From contig CAWIYV010000007.1 of NCBI GenBank assembly GCA_963840455.1, positions 448,001 to 512,000 of the forward strand: a stretch of 64,000 nucleotides of DNA, in the 5' to 3' direction. The position numbers and the translations under genes were made by a program. Shown here one piece after another: positions 57,584-64,000 of this stretch. Source of the DNA: Nitrospirota bacterium. GTDB taxonomy: Bacteria > Nitrospirota > UBA9217. The notes under the pieces were generated by a model. It was not told the DNA's origin. It did no database searches and saw only the letters and a list, made by a program, of their open reading frames with translations. Position 1 is the first letter of the stretch, and each line of letters opens with the position of its first letter.

Positions 57584-58321
57584 TTAACTGGCCGCCTTCT
57601 TCTGTTCGACCTGCGCGTTGATCAACGGCCAATCAGGATGCTCACCGATAAGCCGCAATACGTCCTGAAGATCAAATCCTGGTCTGACCGGATAGAGCGC
57701 TTCAATGATCCGCCTTATAAGCTCAAAATCCTCGGGGGTATCTACGGTCCAGCGATGACGGCTCTGATCTTCGGAAAACGTTATATCAGCCAGCCGGAAT
57801 CGATAAGGGTTGTGATACAAGAACGGCGTCACATGTTCCCGGTCGGAACTCTTCACCGCTTCCCGATGTGCGATATCCAATGCGTTAAAAGAAAAAACTT
57901 CGGTATCCATCCCCCGTGGATAGCTGCGGACAAGACAATTGGATACATAATCATACTCCAGCCGGTGTTCGTTATAAAAACGAATTATGTGATCAATGAC
58001 CCCGGGATCGATGATCGGACAGTCGGAGGTCACCCTGACCACGGAATCAGCGTGCACCAATGTGGCCGCGCCGTGATATCTGCCAAGAACATCGTCCTCA
58101 GACCCTCGATAATACCGGACGTCCAGCCGATCGCAGAGAGCGACAATAGGATCATCGGTTCCGTTTGTCGTGGTAGCGATCATGATCTCATCGGCTGACG
58201 GCACTCTTCGCAGCCGTTCGATCTGGTATTCCAGGAGCGGTTTCCCCAGGACCCGCTTCAGGACCTTTCCGGGCAAACGCGTCGACGTCATCCGCGCCTG
58301 GACGATAATAACCGGTTTCAC
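57584..58321 (-). CDS. SpsF-type cytidylyltransferase (PseF equivalent)
   Basis: QARMTSTRLPGKVL, GSEDDVLGRY, RVTSDCP, REHVTP, RWTVDTPED. Confidence 0.88.
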   Translation of the reverse strand: MKPVIIVQARMTSTRLPGKVLKRVLGKPLLEYQIERLRRVPSADEIMIATTTNGTDDPIVALCDRLDVRYYRGSEDDVLGRYHGAATLVHADSVVRVTSDCPIIDPGVIDHIIRFYNEHRLEYDYVSNCLVRSYPRGMDTEVFSFNALDIAHREAVKSSDREHVTPFLYHNPYRFRLADITFSEDQSRHRWTVDTPEDFELIRRIIEALYPVRPGFDLQDVLRLIGEHPDWPLINAQVEQKKAAS

Positions 58322-59487
58322 AGAAGGGCCTTCTTGATTTTTGTTATTACCCGGTCCTGCTTATCTTCCGTCAAGTCAAAGTACATTGGTATGCTGATAC
58401 CCTCCCGGTAATAGCGCTCCGCTTCAGCAAAGTCCCCCTCGTGAAATCCGAGTTCGCGATAATAAGGCTGCATATGAACCGGGATATAGTGAACGTTTAC
58501 CTGGATGCCCTCACGCCGCAGCAGTTCAACGACCGCTTTGTGCGAGATCTTTATCTTCTCACGTTGCAGCCGTATGACGTAAAGATGATATGCGGAATAC
58601 GTGTCGGGGTGCTGCCACGGCAGGGTCAATGGCAAATCACATAATGCCCGGTCGTAACGATCTGCTAAATAGTTGCGACGTGTGACGAACTCGTCCAGCC
58701 GCAGAACCTGGCTGATCCCCAGGGCCGCCTGGATATCTGTCATACGGTAATTAAAGCCAAGCTCTATTTGCTGATAATACCAGGGGCCATGAGACTCCCC
58801 CTGCATCATTGCAGGATCCCGGGTTATACCATGACTGCGAAGGCGAACGAGTTTGTCGTGAAGATCCTTTCTATTGGTCAACAGCATGCCTCCTTCGCCC
58901 GTGGTAATGATCTTTACCGGGTGAAAACTGAAGACAGTCATGTCAGAGAAAGAACAGTTCCCTATGTTGCGGTCAAGATATCGTCCTCCGATCGCGTGGG
59001 AAGCATCTTCTATGACCGTAAATCCATACTGTTTAGACAAATCAGCAATTTTGATCATGTCACATGACTGACCTGCAAAATGAACCGGAACGACGATCTT
59101 CGGGAGTCTTCCCGCGCGTTTTGATTTCGCAAGTTTTTGCTCAAGCTTGTCCATGCTCATATTGTACGATCGAGGATCGATGTCGACAAAATCCACACCT
59201 GCGCCGCAATAGAGAGCGCAGTTGGCTGACGCTACAAATGTATTCGGGGAGGTCCAGAGCGCATCCCCTGGTCCAAGGCCTGCTGCAAGGCAAGCTATAT
59301 GCAGTGCGGACGTCGCGCTGTTTACGGCAACTGCATACTTGGTCTTGCAATAGCTCGCTACGGACTGTTCGAAACGCTCAACTGCCGGACCCTGAGTAAG
59401 CCAGTCCGATTTAAGCACATCCACAACAGCCTGGATGTCCTGGTCCGATATGGACTGTCTCGCATAGGGTATGATCGTATTATCCAA
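58318..59487 (-). CDS. pseC: UDP-4-keto-6-deoxy-HexNAc aminotransferase
   Basis: IPYARQ…LTQGP, NSATSALH, EDASHA, FSFHPVKIITTGEGG. Confidence 0.94.
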   Translation of the reverse strand: MDNTIIPYARQSISDQDIQAVVDVLKSDWLTQGPAVERFEQSVASYCKTKYAVAVNSATSALHIACLAAGLGPGDALWTSPNTFVASANCALYCGAGVDFVDIDPRSYNMSMDKLEQKLAKSKRAGRLPKIVVPVHFAGQSCDMIKIADLSKQYGFTVIEDASHAIGGRYLDRNIGNCSFSDMTVFSFHPVKIITTGEGGMLLTNRKDLHDKLVRLRSHGITRDPAMMQGESHGPWYYQQIELGFNYRMTDIQAALGISQVLRLDEFVTRRNYLADRYDRALCDLPLTLPWQHPDTYSAYHLYVIRLQREKIKISHKAVVELLRREGIQVNVHYIPVHMQPYYRELGFHEGDFAEAERYYREGISIPMYFDLTEDKQDRVITKIKKALL

Positions 59488-59495
59488 AATGTATC

Positions 59496-60506
59496 CTAAA
59501 CAGTGAAAGACGGATCGACGTGCAATTTGATCAATTGGCGGATCTGCTCTATCGTCAGCCAGTCGGCATTGGTCCCGCTGTTGTAAGAGAGATCCTGTTT
59601 ACAATAGTTTCCTTTAAAGGTCTTCATGAATTCATTAACATCCCATTCCTTTATCGACGGGAGTATGACATAATATTTGGGAAACTCTATGGCATTCAGT
59701 GCATCTGTTGCGGTTATCATCTCTTCATGTAATTTTTCCCCCGGCCTGATACCAACGATCTGTCGTTTACAGCGGGGACCAATAGCCTCAGCCACATCCA
59801 TGATACGGTAACTCGGTATCTTGGGAACGAAGATCTCGCCTCCCCACATGTTTTCAAGAGCAAACAGGACAAGCTTTACGCCTTCTTGAAGGGTAATATT
59901 AAATCTGGTCATCCGCTCATCGGTGATCGGTAGGACCCCTTCTTTTCTCTTGTCAAGAAAGAACGGAATAACGCTGCCGCGGCTGCCCATAACATTGCCG
60001 TAGCGAACAACCGAAAACTTAATGTCATGTTTTCCTTTAAAGTTGTTCGCAGCAGCAAAAAGCTTGTCCGAGCAGAGCTTTGTCGCGCCGTACAGGTTGA
60101 TCGGTGCTGCAGCCTTATCAGTGCTTAGTGCGACGACCTGCTTGACGCCTTTGTCTATCGACGACTCGATCACGTTCTGTGCACCGATGATATTCGTTTT
60201 AACCGCCTCGAAGGGATTATATTCCGCCGCAGGCACCTGCTTCAATGCAGCTGCATGGACTACGATATCAATGCCTTCCAGTGCACGAAGCAAGCGGTCC
60301 CTATCGCGGACATCACCGATAAAATAGCGTAACTGAGGATACTTCTTTTCAGACAGGTCATGACTCATATCATATTGTTTCAATTCGTCACGCGAGTATA
60401 CGACTACGCGCTGAATTTCCGGGTACTGGAGAAGAATCGTTTCAATAAATTTTTTCCCGAACGAACCGGTACCGCCGGTAACGAGAATTGATTTTCCCTT
60501 TAGCAC
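59496..60506 (-). CDS. pseB: UDP-GlcNAc 4,6-dehydratase (inverting)
   Basis: TGGTGSFG, SRDELKQ, HAAALKQVPAAEYNP, RYGNVMGSRGSV; GTG 60506 after GAGGAGG. Confidence 0.95.
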   Translation of the reverse strand: MLKGKSILVTGGTGSFGKKFIETILLQYPEIQRVVVYSRDELKQYDMSHDLSEKKYPQLRYFIGDVRDRDRLLRALEGIDIVVHAAALKQVPAAEYNPFEAVKTNIIGAQNVIESSIDKGVKQVVALSTDKAAAPINLYGATKLCSDKLFAAANNFKGKHDIKFSVVRYGNVMGSRGSVIPFFLDKRKEGVLPITDERMTRFNITLQEGVKLVLFALENMWGGEIFVPKIPSYRIMDVAEAIGPRCKRQIVGIRPGEKLHEEMITATDALNAIEFPKYYVILPSIKEWDVNEFMKTFKGNYCKQDLSYNSGTNADWLTIEQIRQLIKLHVDPSFTV

Positions 60507-60550
60507 TAAACTATCCTCCTCCACAAATAGTTGCGTCGATATCGCTTGAC

Positions 60551-61825
60551 TTACACTTCGTACCACGTACTTTTTTGATAAACACCCAGGTTGGGGTATC
60601 TTTCAAAATCTGGATTGAAACCGGTTATGTCATATCCAATTATTGAGATCTCAACAGCAGATTCCACTTCATCATCTACACCACCGCCCCGGATCTTGAT
60701 CCATGGAGTGATGCCATACATGCCCGGCAGGCAATATATCTTGGCTATTTCGCAGAAAAGGACATGCCCCCCTTTTGAGAACCGTGTCGGCAATCCTTCC
60801 CACTCGCCAAAAAAATGACTGAACCTTGTTCCGATAAGGTTGTGAAGGGCAATTCCTATTTCAAGATTAGAAACATCCTCAGAGAGCACAAACTCCAATC
60901 TGACCTTTATGCAATCGGAGATTTTGAACTCTGTTGTCGTCTCATTCTTTGAGTTTAACGTCGTTACACTGGTGATAGAGGAGAACATCCGTGCGCCGCC
61001 ATGATTACGAATGTCTTCACATTTGTTCTTGGATGTTTTTGCAGATTCAGTTAAGTACCTGTCGATCCCTTCATGAACATCACCAACAAAATCAACGGAC
61101 CCATTCTTTAATAAGATGATCCTCGAACAGAGATTGGAAATGGCGGTCATATTATGACTGACGAACAGGATCGTTCTGCCTTCCTTGCTAACGTCCTCCA
61201 TTTTGCCGATGCATTTTTTCTGGAACTGGGCATCTCCCACAGCCAGGACCTCGTCTACGACGAGTATTTCCGGTTCAAGGTGCGCAGCCACGGCGAAGGC
61301 AAGGCGTACGTACATGCCGGATGAATAGCGCTTGACCGGTGTATCAAGAAATTTTTCTATTTCTGCAAAATCGACAATTGCATCGAATTTGTTCTTGATC
61401 TCGGCTTTTGTCATGCCGAGAATGGCACCATTGAGAAACGTATTCTCTCGTCCGGTCAGTTCCGGATGAAAACCGGTTCCTACCTCCAGTAAACTGGCTA
61501 CACGACCCTTGAGTGCTACACGGCCTTCCGTGGGCTCCGTAATCCGGCTGATGACCTTTAGCAGAGTTGACTTGCCGGCACCATTTCTGCCGATGATGCC
61601 AACGCGGTCTCCCTTCCTGATCTGAAAAGAGACGTCCTTCAGCGCCCAGAATTCCTCTCTCGTTGCATCGGGGATATGTGCAGATCTAAAAGGGTGCGAG
61701 ATCCTTTTGCCCCACCTTTTTGCCGACTCGGCAATGACATCACGCAAAGCGACATACCCTGCACTCTTCTGGTGTCTCAGGATATATTTTTTCCCGAGAC
61801 TATCTACACGGATCACTGTATCCAT
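60551..61825 (-). CDS. wzt: ABC polysaccharide exporter ATPase with C-terminal Wzt_C domain
   Basis: GRNGAGKST, LEVGTGFHPELTGREN, YSSGM, DEVLAVGD, C-terminal beta extension. Confidence 0.95.
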   Translation of the reverse strand: MDTVIRVDSLGKKYILRHQKSAGYVALRDVIAESAKRWGKRISHPFRSAHIPDATREEFWALKDVSFQIRKGDRVGIIGRNGAGKSTLLKVISRITEPTEGRVALKGRVASLLEVGTGFHPELTGRENTFLNGAILGMTKAEIKNKFDAIVDFAEIEKFLDTPVKRYSSGMYVRLAFAVAAHLEPEILVVDEVLAVGDAQFQKKCIGKMEDVSKEGRTILFVSHNMTAISNLCSRIILLKNGSVDFVGDVHEGIDRYLTESAKTSKNKCEDIRNHGGARMFSSITSVTTLNSKNETTTEFKISDCIKVRLEFVLSEDVSNLEIGIALHNLIGTRFSHFFGEWEGLPTRFSKGGHVLFCEIAKIYCLPGMYGITPWIKIRGGGVDDEVESAVEISIIGYDITGFNPDFERYPNLGVYQKSTWYEV

Positions 61826-61829
61826 TATC

Positions 61830-62663
61830 CTAAATTATGTCGGCAAACTTACGTTCTGTTCGCCGAAAATAACCGACTCCTACAATTAAAATAGCGACGT
61901 TCACCAGAAGGGAAATAACAAATCCCGGCACATAGACCTTCATGGCTTCACCGAGGATTGCCCAGCGGAAACCGTCTATGACCCCGACCATGGGGTTCAG
62001 AGAGTAAACGAGCCGCCACTTTTCAGGGACGATACTGCTGCTGAAACCCACCGGTGAAATATAAAGGCCGAACTGGACGATAAACGGTACGATGTATCGA
62101 AAATCCCTGTACTTAACGTTCAGAGCGGCAAGCAATAGTCCGAATCCCAGAGAAGCAAAGAGTGCAAGGCCCAGAAAAGGAAGTAACGCAAGAATGCGCC
62201 AGCCGGGCATGAGCTGGTACCAAATCATGAGCACAACAAGAATAATGAACGATATAAAGAAATCTACCAGACTGACAATGACCGCACTCGTCGGTACAAT
62301 GAGCCGCGGGAAGTAGACCTTAGACAACATATTGGCGTTGGCAAGGAGAGAGTTGCTGCTCTCGGACAGAGAATTTGCAAAAAATTGCCACGGAAGCATC
62401 GCTGTAAAAACCATTATCGGATAGGGAACGCCGTCCGATGGCAATTTGGCAATCTTACCAAATACAATGACGAACACGACCATGGTCAAAAGCGGTCTGA
62501 CGATGCTCCAGGCTATACCTATGACCGTTTGTTTATATCGAACGAGGATGTCTCGCCAGGAAAGAAAATAAAAAAGCTCCCGATAGCGCCATAAATCCTT
62601 CCAGTAATGAAGTTCCGTACGGCCCGACTCGATAATGAGAGTATATTCTGTTTGATCTTTCAT
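61830..62663 (-). CDS. wzm: ABC polysaccharide exporter permease
   Basis: WRDILVRYKQT, KVYFPR, NVKYRDF, LNPM. Confidence 0.95.
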   Translation of the reverse strand: MKDQTEYTLIIESGRTELHYWKDLWRYRELFYFLSWRDILVRYKQTVIGIAWSIVRPLLTMVVFVIVFGKIAKLPSDGVPYPIMVFTAMLPWQFFANSLSESSNSLLANANMLSKVYFPRLIVPTSAVIVSLVDFFISFIILVVLMIWYQLMPGWRILALLPFLGLALFASLGFGLLLAALNVKYRDFRYIVPFIVQFGLYISPVGFSSSIVPEKWRLVYSLNPMVGVIDGFRWAILGEAMKVYVPGFVISLLVNVAILIVGVGYFRRTERKFADII

Positions 62664-62667
62664 ACGT

Positions 62668-63615
62668 TTAACTATGATTATCTGAAAGCTTCATAAAAGC
62701 GTTGTAGGTGAGCAGAATACCTTCTTCAAGCGTAACCCGTGCTTTCCACCCAAGGCTGTTAATTCGGGACACATCGAGCAACTTTTTGGGTGTCCCATCC
62801 GGCTTTGTCCGGTCATAGATAACATCACCGCTGAAACCGATTATCTTTCTTACGAGCAGCGCAACATCGCGGATCATGATGTCCTTACCCGTGCCGATAT
62901 TGATGAACTCGCCGATCTGTGGGTACGCGTACCGTTCCATCAGGAACAGGCATGCATCGGCCAGGTCATCGACGAACAGGAGCTCCCGGAAGGGGCTCCC
63001 GCTCCCCCAGACCGTGACGGATGGACGGCCCGCGGCCTTCGCCTCGTGGAATTTCCGGAGCAGTGCCGGCACGACGTGCGATGTTTCGAGGTCAAAATTA
63101 TCGCCCGGCCCGTAAACGTTGGTCGGCATGACAGAGATGAAGTTCGTGCCGTACTGTTCGTTGTAGTACCGGCACAATTTGATTGCCGCGATCTTTGCCA
63201 CCGCATAGGGCTCGTTCGTTGGCTCGAGCGGGCCCGTCAGCAGATACTCCTCTTTCATGGGCTGGGGGGCGAACTTGGGATAGATGCACGATGAGCCGAG
63301 GTTGAGCAGTTTCTTGACGCCGGTGCGATAGGAAGCCTCGATCACGTTCGCCGCGATCATGATGTTGTTGTAGATGAACTCTGCCTTGAAGGTGCTGTTC
63401 GCGAGTATCCCGCCGACCTTTGCGGCCGCGAGGAAAACATAGTCCGGACGTTCCCGTGCAAAAAAAGCCTCAACATCGGCCTGCCGCCGAAGATCGAGCT
63501 CCTTGCTCGTCTTGAGGACGAGATTGGAATATCCTTCTTCCCGGAGGCGCTTCACCAGGGCGGAGCCGACCAGGCCCCGGTGTCCGGCCACGTAGATCTT
63601 CGACCCTTTATCCAT
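62668..63615 (-). CDS. fcl: GDP-L-fucose synthase
   Basis: [43 protein letters not shown]. Confidence 0.96.
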   Translation of the reverse strand: MDKGSKIYVAGHRGLVGSALVKRLREEGYSNLVLKTSKELDLRRQADVEAFFARERPDYVFLAAAKVGGILANSTFKAEFIYNNIMIAANVIEASYRTGVKKLLNLGSSCIYPKFAPQPMKEEYLLTGPLEPTNEPYAVAKIAAIKLCRYYNEQYGTNFISVMPTNVYGPGDNFDLETSHVVPALLRKFHEAKAAGRPSVTVWGSGSPFRELLFVDDLADACLFLMERYAYPQIGEFINIGTGKDIMIRDVALLVRKIIGFSGDVIYDRTKPDGTPKKLLDVSRINSLGWKARVTLEEGILLTYNAFMKLSDNHS

Positions 63616-64000
63616 GCGCCCGCTTCTCGCGTTCCGCTAGCTGCAGGTCCGCGTCGACCATCATATTGATAAGCACCTCGAACGTGACCTTGGGCTCCCA
63701 TCCCAGCTTCTGCTTCGCCTTCGCCGGGTCTCCGAGGAGCAGGTCCACCTCGGTGGGGCGGAAGTACTTCGGATCGATCTCGATGATGATCTTACCGGTC
63801 TTCGTGCAGATCCCCTTCTCGTGCACGCCCGTCCCCTGCCAGGCGAGCTGCATGCCCAGGCGCGCGAAGGCCTTCTCCGCGAACTCGCGGACCGAGTGTG
63901 TCTCGCCGGTGGCAATGACGTAATCTTCCGGCTCCGGCTGCTGCAGTATGAGCCACATGAGCTCGACGTAATCGCCGGCATAGCCCCAGTCGCGCTTGGC
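63608..64000 (-). CDS. gmd: GDP-mannose 4,6-dehydratase, 3' part (truncated by window)
   Basis: [43 protein letters not shown]. Confidence 0.96.
   Translation of the reverse strand, partial: AKRDWGYAGDYVELMWLILQQPEPEDYVIATGETHSVREFAEKAFARLGMQLAWQGTGVHEKGICTKTGKIIIEIDPKYFRPTEVDLLLGDPAKAKQKLGWEPKVTFEVLINMMVDADLQLAEREKRAHG

Overview
A 64 kb chromosomal segment from a GC-rich diderm bacterium (style suggests Nitrospirota or Desulfobacterota; this is an impression only). It is dominated by surface-polysaccharide genes. In order: 3' end of lon, lipA, a GT2, a putative outer-membrane protein and a small cytochrome c. Next is a ~21 kb Wzx/Wzy-dependent cluster on the minus strand (wbpA-like, wbpP, wzx, secreted hypothetical, wzy, GTs, pglC/E/F-like genes, SLBB export protein, wzz). 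Its AT-rich core carries two different, independently inserted IS30 elements. Then come a BirA-controlled biotin operon (bioB-bioW-bioF-SDR-bioD), PMM/manC/galE and wbaP. Last is a >27 kb ABC (wzm/wzt) cluster with gmd/fcl, a full pseudaminic acid pathway with a WbuXYZ/PseA-type amidotransferase trio, a cupin-DegT-methyltransferase module and several methyltransferases and GTs. The least explained signal lies in the spacers. Degenerate 7-bp tandem arrays, often as complementary pairs, sit at gene junctions and even inside coding sequences. One leads directly into an unannotated truncated four-helix-bundle gene that ends at the wzz start. Other unannotated relics are a wzi remnant, a GT9 remnant, a possible GxxExxY remnant between CGCAAAG inverted repeats, and a ~115 bp twin-hairpin mini-element. 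Several single-base frameshifts in short homopolymers may be assembly errors. All family assignments come from motif recognition, not database searches.
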